The notes: generated by a model not told the origin, from the sequence alone. A stretch of 64,000 nucleotides of DNA from Chrysomallon squamiferum (GCA_012295275.1 CM022677.1:13392001-13456000), one strand, 5' to 3'. Shown: positions 27,200 through 38,023, numbered from the stretch's first letter. Numbers and translations: made by a program.

Positions 27200-27561
27200 G
27201 AAATCGGACTGGTTATACGCATATAATTCACGTATTCGTCCTCTTCTTGTTCTAATTCGTCTCTCTCAGATGGAGAAACGTTATTATCCAATTTTTTGTC
27301 GTCTGGTTGCAAGAAATCACCGAATTGATGTATGGCTTCTTCTATTTGACTTTTAGTATATGTAGCAATACCTTCAACAGAAGATTCAACAATACTTTGT
27401 CCAATAGCTGTAGCTGGCTCTAAATATATACTATCTGCTCCAACAATTTCAGCAATAGCTGGTACTGTAGAATCTATTATAGCTGATGTCGCTAATTCAA
27501 TAGATGTATCAAAAGCAAATTCTATTATTTCAGTAGCTATAATTGCCAAAGCTGTAAACAT
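27196..27561 (-). CDS. ORF X, unit 2: intact 121-aa acidic protein with hydrophobic N-terminus, function unknown
   Basis: Conserved in all four units; its stop codon overlaps the VP start as ATGA. Confidence 0.8.
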   Translation of the reverse strand: MFTALAIIATEIIEFAFDTSIELATSAIIDSTVPAIAEIVGADSIYLEPATAIGQSIVESSVEGIATYTKSQIEEAIHQFGDFLQPDDKKLDNNVSPSERDELEQEEDEYVNYMRITSPIS

Positions 27562-27564
27562 CCT

Positions 27565-27655
27565 AACACATCATCAACAAACATAAAAATGAAAAATATA
27601 TACATATAGTTATATTATATATTATAAATCACGTGATATTACGGATATGACGTCA
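27565..27655 (-). promoter_or_regulatory. Putative ITR-proximal promoter for ORF X/VP
   Basis: Minus strand: TGACGTCA (CRE/ATF), then ATCACGTGAT (E-box), then TTTATAATATATAA. The E-box also occurs at ~21966 and ~30596. Confidence 0.55.
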
Positions 27656-28003
27656 TACTCTTCAAAATAAAAAAAATAGGGTGGGGGGTGAATAATAAAA
27701 TTACCTGATAGATTTCAACCTAACTCTTGTTATTGTAAAAAAAACAAAGTTCCTCATGATCTGGCTTTTTAGTTTTGGGGCTTTTTGACCATAACGTACT
27801 TTTAACTTATGATCCTTCGGGTTCTGGCTTCGCCCGAAGGAACGTTATCACATTCGGGCTAAAAGTGCATTATGGTCAAAAAGCCAAAAAGCTAAAAAGC
27901 CAGATCATGAGGAACTTTTTTTTTTTACAATAACAAGAGTTATGTTAGAATCTATCAGGTCATGTTTTACTAACCCCCCATTATTTATTTTGAAGAGACG
28001 TCA
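27648..28003. repeat. Junction ITR between units 2 and 3 (flop)
   Basis: Long palindrome; core TTATGATCCTTCGGGTTCTGGCTTCGCCCGAAGGAACGTTATCAC is essentially the reverse complement of the flip core. Confidence 0.92.
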
Positions 28004-28213
28004 TTTCCTGTTTATAACGTTATTTCCTATATGACGTCATAGCTTTGACGTCATATCCGTTTACAGTTTAGCAGACGATAAGTAAAATTCTACATTAATT
28101 AATTAATAAATAACAAACAATATTTACTTCAAATTAAATTATTTATTTAATTAACGTTTTAAATAAAATATTTAACAATATTTGTATAATTATTATACAA
28201 TACGTTATATTGT

Positions 28214-29872
28214 TCAATCTTCCTTTTTATATTTATTGAAAATGTTCATTTGGGTTTTTGGAATAGTTTCTGAAAACATAGCTTCAAACGGCTGACTTTC
28301 TGGAATGTAAAATTTGAATTTTTTAACTGTTGGATCTGATGGTTCGTATCCGGTTGTTATATAGTATGGATCTAACTCGTCTGTTGTGTTGTCATCATCA
28401 ACGTCATCAGGTTGGTTAATTTCTTCCCTTTTTCTTTTAATTCCTTTGTTGTCAGAATTAAATGTTTCCTCATTCTGTGACTTTACAAATAAATCTTGTG
28501 ACGGATTATAATAATCCTGTTCTGATATTTCTATGTATTCTATTTTGTTATCTTCTGTATCTTTAGTTGTGCTCATCATTGGATCTAAATCTGTTGTCAA
28601 TAATGTTTGGCTGTCATCAAAATTGTCATGAAAATAACTGAGTTTTCCATCTAACGTGTTGTCATTGTTACTGTTATTGTTTTTGTTGACAAAATAGTCT
28701 CTGTCATTTTCTAACGCGATGTTTATTTCATCATCTGTAGGTTCTCTACCTACAGTGAAAAGTTTTGGATGTAAAAGGTTGTAGCAATTCTTTAAAATTT
28801 CACTTCTTTTCAGATTTTGAATTAAATACAGTCTGGTCTTCATTATACTTATTTGTGAATTTGTTAAACCGTCTCCAAATTTGTTGTTGGAATTTAATAT
28901 GTTAGCACGACATATGTTAGCACGACAGTAACAAGGCGTGGTACCCTTGCGTTCACAAGTTGCCTTGCTACCACTAAGAAGGTCTTTATATTTGTCTATG
29001 TTCGTTTGCGTTATAGATATTTCTTCCCCTAGTACAACTTTTTTACCTCCTAACATTTGCCATGGGAAGTTATCTTTAGCGATTTTCCCCGCGCATTGTA
29101 AACATTCGAACATTGAGCTTGTAACCATGGTTTTTCCACTGTCTGATTCTCCCTGGAAATACATTCCTACCTTTTTCTTTCCTTTACCTTTTAACAAAGC
29201 TACTATTAAACAAAACAACCATCTTTCTTCTATTTCCTGTTCACGACACCAGCTGTTGAAAATTTTAAGACTGTCATCCGGTGACATATAATGGTCTATA
29301 TTATCGTTAAGAATTTGTATCTGTTCGAAAGCATTTTTTTCAGATTGTTCCTCAAGATATTTTGAACGTGCCGCCTTAAATAATTTGTCACCGGAAGTGT
29401 TAGCAACTGAATTGCACAACGCTTTAAACTCATTGGATGACGGTTCGAATTTGCTTATAAGCATGTTTAATTTGTTTACTTCGGGATATTTTGTTATCAG
29501 TTGGTAAAAAAAAATCCAATGTTTCTGCCGATTTATTTGTCAAGAGATGACATGGAATATTTCTATTTTCGTTCACTGTTGTATTACTTTCAATTTTGTT
29601 GTCTGATGATGTCATCATCGCATCTATAATGTCATGTTTATTTTGACGTCACGAGCACTTGTTCCTCCTTTAGATACAACATCGGACTTAGTAATCTTTG
29701 AATTAACGACATTGTCTGTCTTCACTGCTTCATCTTTTCGTATTGGTTCTCTTATCCTAGATGTATTATAGTTCATATCCATTTTCTGATTGTTGTCTGT
29801 GTTGTCAAAAAAATCGTTAAGTATGTTCATGATGTCGGCATCGTTGTCTTGCATTTTTTTATCCACGTCATT
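28214..29872 (-). pseudogene. NS1: NS1, unit 3: helicase and C-terminus open (416 aa, 28214-29464); HUH domain deleted
   Basis: GESDSGKT, VLGEEI and NSN motifs; 15-nt duplication (RANICRANI); upstream frameshifts. Confidence 0.9.
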
Positions 29873-30161
29873 TGTGTCTGTTGTTTGTTGGTTGTCGTCG
29901 TCGTATAAAGGGGTCCCGAAAGGGTCGTCTTCGTCCGAATTTTCAACAGCGTTAGTCTTGCCCAATATTTTGAATTGCCTGATAGAAATCGTAATTAGGA
30001 ACTTGTAAAGTTCGATACTGACGTCTGATTCGTAACCACCTTTCTTGTCTTTCTGAATAGGGGACATCTAAATCAGCTAATTTTGCAAATGCTCTGGATT
30101 TTGCTATAGATCAGAGTCTTGTTACTTCCTTTTTGTTCAACAGTCTCTTTCCTTTATCCAT
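29873..30161 (-). pseudogene. VP: VP N-terminal remnant, unit 3, fused to NS1 by a large internal deletion
   Basis: MDKGKRLLNKKEVTRL*, and ..NSDEDDPFGTPLY running directly into NS1-like NDVDKKMQDNDADIMNILNDFFD. Confidence 0.8.
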
Positions 30162-30526
30162 GAAATCGGACTGTTTCTATAAACATATGAAACGTTTTCG
30201 TCCTCTTCTTCTTGTAACTGCTGACGTTCAGCTTCAGAAACGTAAGTGTCTATATCCTTTCCACTATCAGCCGTAATTAACTTACCAACCTGATTTAATG
30301 CTTCTTGTATCTGATTTTTGGTATAAGTTGAAGTACCTTCAACAGACGATTCTACAATAGATTGTCCGATAGCTGTAGCTGGTTCAAGTAGTGCACTATC
30401 AGTACCTATTATCTCTGCAATAGCTGGTGCTGTAGATTCTAATATTGCTGATGTAGCTAGTTCCACAGAATCATCAAATGCGTACTCAATTAATTCAGTA
30501 GCTATGATCCCTAAAGCTGTGAACAT
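30158..30526 (-). CDS. ORF X, unit 3 (stop TGA>TGG, reads through to 30137)
   Basis: MFTALGIIATELIEYAFDDSVELATSA... Confidence 0.75.
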
Positions 30527-30645
30527 CGTATGATGACAATCATCAGTGGAATAAAATAATTTATACAATGAAAGAATATATATATAATAAAATATATCAC
30601 GTGATATGTCACGTGACACATATATGTAAGTATTCAAACAATAAC

Positions 30646-30911
30646 ATGACCTGATGGATTCTAACCTAACTCTTGTTTACCGTTAAAAAAACAAAGTTCC
30701 TCATGATCTGGCTTTTTGGCTTTTTGGCTTTTTGACCATAATGTACTTTTAGCCCGAATGTGATAACGTTCCTTCGGGCGTAGCCAGAAACCGAAGGATC
30801 ATAAGTTAAACGTACATTATGGTCAAAAAGCCAAAAAGCCAAAAAGCCAGATCATGAGGAACTTTGTTTTTTAACAGTAAACAAGAGTTAGGTTGAAATC
30901 TATCAAGTCAT
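30646..30911. repeat. Junction ITR between units 3 and 4 (flip)
   Basis: Palindrome ATGACCTGATGGATT...AATCTATCAAGTCAT with (GGCTTTTT)3 / (AAAAAGCC)3. Confidence 0.92.
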
Positions 30912-30977
30912 TTTATTGTTCACCCTCCACCCTATTTTTTTTTTAATTTGAAGAGTATGACGTCATATACGATATTG

Positions 30978-32189
30978 ACCATCGTTCTGGAATGCATTGT
31001 TCTACACACCAGCTGTTGAACACCTTTAAACTGTCATCTGGTGTCATGTAATTATCGATGTTATCCGATAATGACAGAATCTGGTCGTATGCGTTCTTCT
31101 CTGCTTCCTCTTCCATGTATTTCGATCTAGCAGCCTTGAATAGCTTTTCTTCTGATGTATTAGCTACTGCATTACATATAGCTTTAAACTCGTTACTGTT
31201 GCTGTCATATTTGCTGATTAACAAATTCAGTTTGTTCACGTCTGAATGTTTAACTATTAGTTTATAAAAGAAGTCAGATGTATCAGCTGATTTGTTGGTT
31301 ATCAGATGAGATGGAACTAATTCATCCTGTTTGTTAGTAGTATTACATACAGCAATATTGTTTTCGCCTTGAGGTATAGTTTCTAACATCACTTCCTCCA
31401 TCTTAGCTGCTGCAGAAGATGTTCCTTTACCGTGATTCACGACAGGAGATGATGTTGTAGTCTTATTGAAATTGACGTCGTCCTTTCTCACAGCTCTTTG
31501 ATATCGGAAATAATTGTACTCTTATCTTTTATTGGTTGATCGTCAAAGAAATCTAACAGAACGTTCATTATGTCTTCTTCCTCCTCTTTAGAACGTTTTT
31601 CTGTTTCGTTCCAAATGTGTAGCATCTTTTCGTCGTTTGTTCCTAAATACATCTTCTCCGAATCGTTAATCAAATACATCATGTAGTTTTCTACAGATGT
31701 ACATTGTGGATCCTTCAATTTACGAATCTTGATGTATCCCTTTTCATTTAAAATTGCACGAATGAGTCGTCTGTATTGTCTATCTTGTGATGGGGTCTTC
31801 ATGTTAGTTTTCCAAATAATGTGAACGTGAGAACCATAAGTAGGATAATTACTTTCTACTTGACAATCTTTTTGATGATATACTAATAGTATCTTCCAGT
31901 TCTTGTTTCGTATAAAGGATTTCAATTCTGTCACGACTCTGTCCTGTCCTTTTGCCAGATATTCATAATTGGGCGTGGCCCAATGATCCACAGTCTCGTC
32001 TAATATGTCTTGCTGATCCATCTGGTAGCTTTTAATATAATTCTTGCCTGGTGCGTAAACGTATTTACCTTCTTTGTCTTTAGCTAGAGATCTGGGTACC
32101 AAAAATTTCGGGTGTACCATGTCGTAACCAGTGTGTCCTATAACCACACTATAATAACTATTTCCAACGGTTTCAACATATCTATCCAT
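30978..32189 (-). pseudogene. NS1: NS1, unit 4: HUH domain present, helicase deleted
   Basis: TYGSHVHIIWK; homology ends at IPERW and joins the ITR flank. Confidence 0.88.
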
Positions 32190-32340
32190 TATTAATCCTG
32201 ATGACAATCAAAATTAAATTTATATGTTTGTTTAAAACATTCAATTTCATGTGACTAAATGAACGTAAATATTAACAAAGACTTTTAACTGTATTCTTAC
32301 GCAACTATGAGAAACTATTTTTATTTATTTATTTCTGTTT

Positions 32341-34012
32341 TTATATTGGATAAGACCAATCTGTACTGTCTCCTGTAATAGGTACACTTCTATCTCCATA
32401 AGCACCGTGTACTGGCCAGATAAATCGTCGTCTGGCTTTACGTTTATTCCAATTGTCCCATATAGGGGCATATATTCTCATTTTCCATGTTTTTTCGATT
32501 CGATCTTTATATTGTTTTACAGTTTCATCTAAGAATTGATCTTGTTCTGTATGTTTCACATTGTCTTTATTTCCTACAGGTGTAGTATCGTTCAATTTAA
32601 AAATGAGTCCTGCCATATTACCTGACGGACATCCACCCAAACCTATAGGTATGTATTTTGGACACATTGCCGTTCTGACTAAAAACTCCACCTCGCTATA
32701 ATAAGTTATTTGTATGTTAGCATGGTAATTAAAGAATAATGTAGCTCCGTTGCTAGTTTTCTCTACATCAGGGTATAAACCTATTAGGAACATAGGAGGT
32801 CTATTGCATTGATACGTACGACGGTGTTTAACGTCCATGCACATTTGGATTATCTAAATCATTGCTAGATATACCGCTTTTACATAGTTTGGTGCTAGCA
32901 TCATCTGCCATCGATGGTGCTCCTAAATCTTTACCAGCTTTATTTTGATAACAAGCTGAATAGTGTACATTCCTGTACTGATGGTTAAAATAGGTGGTGA
33001 TAGCAGTCCATACATTCTTCATCTTTTAATCGATTATTATGAGATAGGTCCAAATGTTTATCAGGTAATCCATAATCATTATAAATATCTGTAAATGTCC
33101 AAACTCGTGCATTTGGAGGTGCCATTACTGGTACTTCGTTTGGATCTGATTTAGTATTATTTGAAACACGTATTATCATATTATTTATATTAAATCCGAA
33201 TTTTTTAATTTTATAGCCTACAACCTCATCAGGTAAATTCCAATCGTCTGCCTTCGTGCTAGCTGCTTTATACCAATAAGGTATAATGTGACCACCATGA
33301 TTGAATGTAAATTCACATACATTTAGATCACCTATTGCATTTTTCCATGCTGAAGCATCTGTTGCATTATCTATAACTGACATACTAGCTTTTCTTTGTT
33401 TAGATAAATTAATCTCACTAGTGAATGTTCGTTTAAATGATTAGCTCCAGACGTTGTACCTCCAAATCTTTGGTATAAAACGTTATTTCCTGTAGCAGAG
33501 GCCATAGGAGCACCTTCACTTCCACCTGTATCAGTTACCTCTTCGTTCATGATAGAATCAGGTTCCATTACGGACTCTTGAGGTTGAACATACGTTCCTT
33601 TGGAATTATATTGATCCAATACATCTTGTGATATCCTCGTAGATAGTTGATTATTATTAGGAACTTTGGAGCTAGATCCTCCTCCAGGTTCGATGTTTTG
33701 TCGTTTCATGCCTTGTTGTTCTGATGCTTTTAATGCTTGTTCGTCTTCTGGGTATATAGGCGTATTAAAAGGGTCCTCTTCGTCTTGATCTTCAATATGG
33801 TTATATTCGTTCCGAATATTTTGTATTGCCGAATAGAAATCTTGATTTGGAATCTGTAAATTTGGATATTGACGTCGAATTTGTAACCGCCTGTTTTGGC
33901 GCTGATCCACCGGCACATTTATCTCTGATAATGTATCAAATGCTTTAGCTTTAGCTATAGCCCAAAGTCTGGTAACGTCCTTCTTGTTTAATATACGTTT
34001 CCCTTTATTCAT
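32341..34012 (-). pseudogene. VP: Capsid VP, unit 4 (internal deletions near 33000 and 33435)
   Basis: ORFs 33371-34012, 32985-33383, 32828-33022 and 32341-32844 are collinear with the unit-2 VP. Confidence 0.88.
33730..33918 (-). CDS. Overlapping +1 ORF inside VP, unit 4 (62 aa)
   Basis: MCRWISAKTGGYKFDVNIQIYRFQIKISIRQYKIFGTNITILKI. Confidence 0.6.
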   Translation of the reverse strand: MCRWISAKTGGYKFDVNIQIYRFQIKISIRQYKIFGTNITILKIKTKRTLLIRLYTQKTNKH

Positions 34013-34376
34013 GAAATTGGACTAGTAGTACGCATATATGATACGTATTCGTCCTCTTCAGTTTCCAATTCCTCTCGTTCTTCAGATTAAACGTTATTAT
34101 CTACTGCTGTATCTTTTTTGAATTCACAAAATCAGTGAATTGATCCAAAGCGTCCTTTATTTGAGTTTTAGTATAGCTAGCAGTGCTTTCTACAGAAGAT
34201 TCAACTATACTTTGTCCAATAGCAGTCGCTTGAAGTAGATATACACTGTCAGCTCCGACAATTTCGGCTATAGCTGGAGCGGTAGAATCTATAATAGCTG
34301 ATGTAGCAAGTTCCACTGATGTATCAAACGCAAATTCAATGATTTCAGTAGCAATTATACCCAAAGCTGTGAACAT
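34009..34376 (-). pseudogene. ORF X, unit 4 (3' part disrupted)
   Basis: MFTALGIIATEIIEFAFDTSVELATSA...; premature stop at 34101. Confidence 0.8.
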
Positions 34377-34414
34377 CCTAATTCAACAACTGATAATAAT
34401 CAAATGAACATTAT

Positions 34415-34720
34415 GCTGAATGACTCTTTGGCGTAATGGTCGGCAAGTTTGTTGCTGATGATGCTGACATGTGCTGGGAGCCACTTGATGATTAGTTGTG
34501 TGTTGTTGTGTTGTATGTCCTCGTGTAGCTGTTGTATTCTGCTGAGTAGGTCTGGTCTGCTGGAATTCGGCCGTGCATGCTGAAAGGTGATTTCTGATAC
34601 GGCTGAATTGTATGCATGTGGGTTTGTTTGTGTGATCTTGGACTATGAAGGCGAATCCTACTCTCCTGTTGTCTGGGTTTTTGGATGTACGTGTGTTGTT
34701 TATAGTGGTTGTTTGCTGCT
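34415..34720 (-). mobile_element. LINE RNase H fragment abutting the viral array
   Basis: Encodes WLPAHVSIISNKLADHYAKES. DNA is similar to ~45820-45880 of the larger LINE (HVGIIGNKLANHYTKES). Confidence 0.7.
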
Positions 34721-35282
34721 GCTAGAAATATGGCTTTTTTGAACAGATTATGTTGTTGTTATTTTTTATAATTAATACATTTTTACTATTTTCACTCTTT
34801 GTTTTTTACCTGGACATCTCCTCACACACAGAGACCCTAATGTGAACTTGGCTTTTGGAATAAGCACCGTTTTATCAAGGTCAAGGTCATATGTATACTG
34901 CTGGGGACAGCAGGACTCGCAGGTACCTTCATTGAGGAAACGACAAGACTGAAAAAAACATTAAAACAACAACAAAAAACACTTGTAAGTCAAGGTACCA
35001 CTGCATATATATATATAATAATAATAATAATAATAAATATTACTATTAATAAATTTGGGTATCAAATGCACACACACACGCAATTACAAACAACATACAG
35101 AGTTACATATACAGTTCAGCAAGCTATTGTTCGGTTTGAGGTCAAAGTTCAACTCAGCAGACAGTCAGTGTTCTTAGTTCCGTTGCATCCCCCAGCACAC
35201 TCGGGGTGACAGCATTGGTTCAGCAGTTTTCCAAAACAACACACATCACACTAGTCAGCACACTCCTCTCCGTGGATTACTC

Positions 35283-35327
<45 letters not shown>

Positions 35328-36807
35328 AACAACAACAACAACAGATAATAATAATAACAATAATAATTATAATACCAGTGGTTCACAAGCTTTTGTGAAA
35401 TGGATTGTGGGAATCGGTGTAACTGGTGAAAGTTAAACAAAGGGAGGTTACTGAAAATGTTCAGGGTACAAGAACTTTGAACAATGTTCAGATTACTTGT
35501 TTGTCAAAAATACTATTAATAATGTGCAAATTTCCACTTTGTTAGACACAGGCATAGAGTAGGTGAAATTACACGGTGTGTTATAGTTTTTATTTCACAG
35601 TGATAATAAAATGAAGGTGACTGTTTTTCAGTGAGATCTGACCAACAAGATCAGTTTTTGTCTCAGTAAGTATTAGGATTTTCCTGTTCTGAGTAGAACT
35701 CAGTGAATGAATGATCAAAATCTGTGACAGATGTTTTACTGTCTATGAGAAGGTGTTTATAACATCTTTTTTCTTGCTGACCAATGGAAGCAGTTATCTG
35801 TTTGTTATAACTGTCTTCATAATTGAGTGGATGTACATTGACAGACATCTGCAACAGACATTTAAGTATCTGATAACCCAAACAAAGCCTCATAACAATC
35901 ATCATTAAAATAAATAACAATAAAAACCATCTCTAATTACATTATCTGATCTAGACCGAACAGAACTTAAAGGAGTAAGAAATAATAATAAAAAAAAAAA
36001 AAAACACTCTCTCTCTCTCATAATTATGAAAAATTTATTAACATTAAACTTATTTTAAAATTCATTCAGTCTTAGTCGTTGTTTTCTGCTAAGTACTTAA
36101 TTGTTTTTATTTGTATTACTAATACTTTAGTAAATTTTAAGTGAAATGAAGTAAACTGAAACTATTTTTATAAATTACTTTGTTGTTTTTTTAACTATTT
36201 AGTGTAAACATTAAATATGAAATAAAAGCAATTTTTAAAACCATTTTGTTATTTCTTTTTACTATTTTCTGTAAACAATTTATTATTAAATGAAATAAAA
36301 TAATGTAAAGTTAATGCATGTTTTGATATTTTATGTAAACAATTAATTGTTATATGAAATAAAATGATTTTTGAAATTATAGTTTTTTTTACTATTTCTC
36401 TATTAAATGAAATAAATATGGTTTTTGAAATTAATGTGTTAACAACTATTAAATGAAATAATTAAAAAACTAAAATTTACCAGTTTCTGTAACCATTAAT
36501 TGAAATAAAACTGATTTTAAAACCACAATGTGCTTGTTTTCTTTACGGATAATTTATTTCTAACATTACAAACATTTATATGTATATATGATGGAGGAGG
36601 GTATACAGATCTGTTGAATATTTTTGAGGGGTGTGTTAATTCTCTAGGGACAGGGAAGTGATGGGTAAGATCAAAGTAAAACAGTAGATAAGTGCTGGTG
36701 TAGGTGGACATTTTTTAAAAAAAAAAATTGGATTTGGGCAACATGTCTATTTTCAGTGACTTGTTTATGTAGATATGATTCTTGGTGACTGTGTATCTGT
36801 GTGTGTT

Positions 36808-36902
<95 letters not shown>

Positions 36903-36937
36903 TTTTGAAAGGAATGGAGACAGAAACAGAAGAATGT

Positions 36938-37450
36938 CTAATCATGTTAAAGAGTGTAGTGAAGGAAGGATAGGAATAAACAGAAGAATTGCTAATCATG
37001 TTAAAGAGTGGTGAAGGAAGGATAGGAATAAACAGAAGAATGGCTAATCATATTAAAGAGTGGTGAAGGAAGGATAGGAATAAACAGAAGAATGGCTAAT
37101 CATGTTAAAGAGTGTGGTGAAGGAAGGATAGGAATAAACAGAAGAATGGCTAATCATGTTAAAGACTGGGGTGAAGGAAGGATAGGAATAAACAGAATAA
37201 TTGCTAATCATGTTAAAGAGTGTGGTGAAGGAAGGATAGGAATAAACAGAAGAATGGCTAATCATGTTAAAGAGTGTGGTGAAGGAAGGATAGGAACAAA
37301 CAGAAGGATGGCTAATCATGTTAAAGAGTGGGGTGAAGGAAGGATAGGAACAAACAGAAGGATGGCTAATCATGTTAAAGAGTGGGGTGAAGGAAGGATA
37401 GCTAATCATGTTAAAGAGTGTGGTGAAGGAAGGATAGGAATAAACAGAAG
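36938..37450. repeat. 54-bp minisatellite, ~9 copies, next to an (AG)n tract
   Basis: Unit CTAATCATGTTAAAGAGTGTGGTGAAGGAAGGATAGGAATAAACAGAAGAATGG. Confidence 0.9.
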
Positions 37451-37832
37451 GAATTAAGAAACAAAAGAAAGGGCGCGTGACGTACACTTAAACATAACAA
37501 CTATAATTAACTATACAACACTAACAGAGTTTACATTCATACAACTTTTCAAATTAAATTTTATATTTCTCATAGAAATTTTACTATTTTATTTTACTAT
37601 TTTACTTAAATTTCGGAGGTTTTTTTTTTATATATTATTATTATTGTTGTTGTTGAGATAGAAGCTATTTTGAAATATTAATTATAAGATTGTAAAGTTT
37701 ACATTCTGTACAAGAATATGTCTAAGAAAATAAGCAGATGAAGACAGTGATTCAGTATCTTTTGTAACCGTTCTCGCTTTTCTCTAATTCAGTACACAGA
37801 CTACGTGTGTCCCTCTAGTCATCGCTCTAAAC

Positions 37833-38023
37833 CAGGGCTGCGCAAACTTTCAGATCTTACAGGCCGCTCCGCTTTAACTTCACTGGCCGCACAAATTTCA
37901 TTTGTGATTACGTGAAATCTGAAAGCGTAACATATGACTTTGCCTAATTTTTAACAATGAATCTCTGTAACGTAAATGTGACGAGGCGACATCCTTCCCA
38001 CGGCCTCAGTTTGCGCACCCCTG
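37833..38023. mobile_element. hAT-type MITE (~190 bp)
   Basis: TIRs CAGGGCTGCGCAAACT / AGTTTGCGCACCCCTG; imperfect 8-bp TSD CTCTAAAC / CTTTAATC. Confidence 0.7.

Larger units (their letters stand above)
16760..34400 (-). mobile_element. Endogenous parvovirus/densovirus-like element array: four head-to-tail units plus ITR fragments
   Basis: Repeated NS1 (HUH + SF3), parvoviral capsid and ORF X homologs, separated by long hairpins at ~17240-17450, ~22000-22430, ~27650-28000 and ~30650-30910. Confidence 0.93.

Noticed and set aside
35206-36999. Low-complexity ORFs (poly-T/L/Y/N, ER/SL, CV/HT) here and elsewhere
   Set aside because: Translations of (CAA)n, (AAT)n, (AG)n and (GT)n microsatellites.
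36938-37450. Regular repeats (also 47710-48290 and 51055-51300) as CRISPR arrays or repeat proteins
   Set aside because: Contiguous tandem units with no unique spacers, no cas genes and a eukaryotic context; the ORFs are by-products of the repeats.
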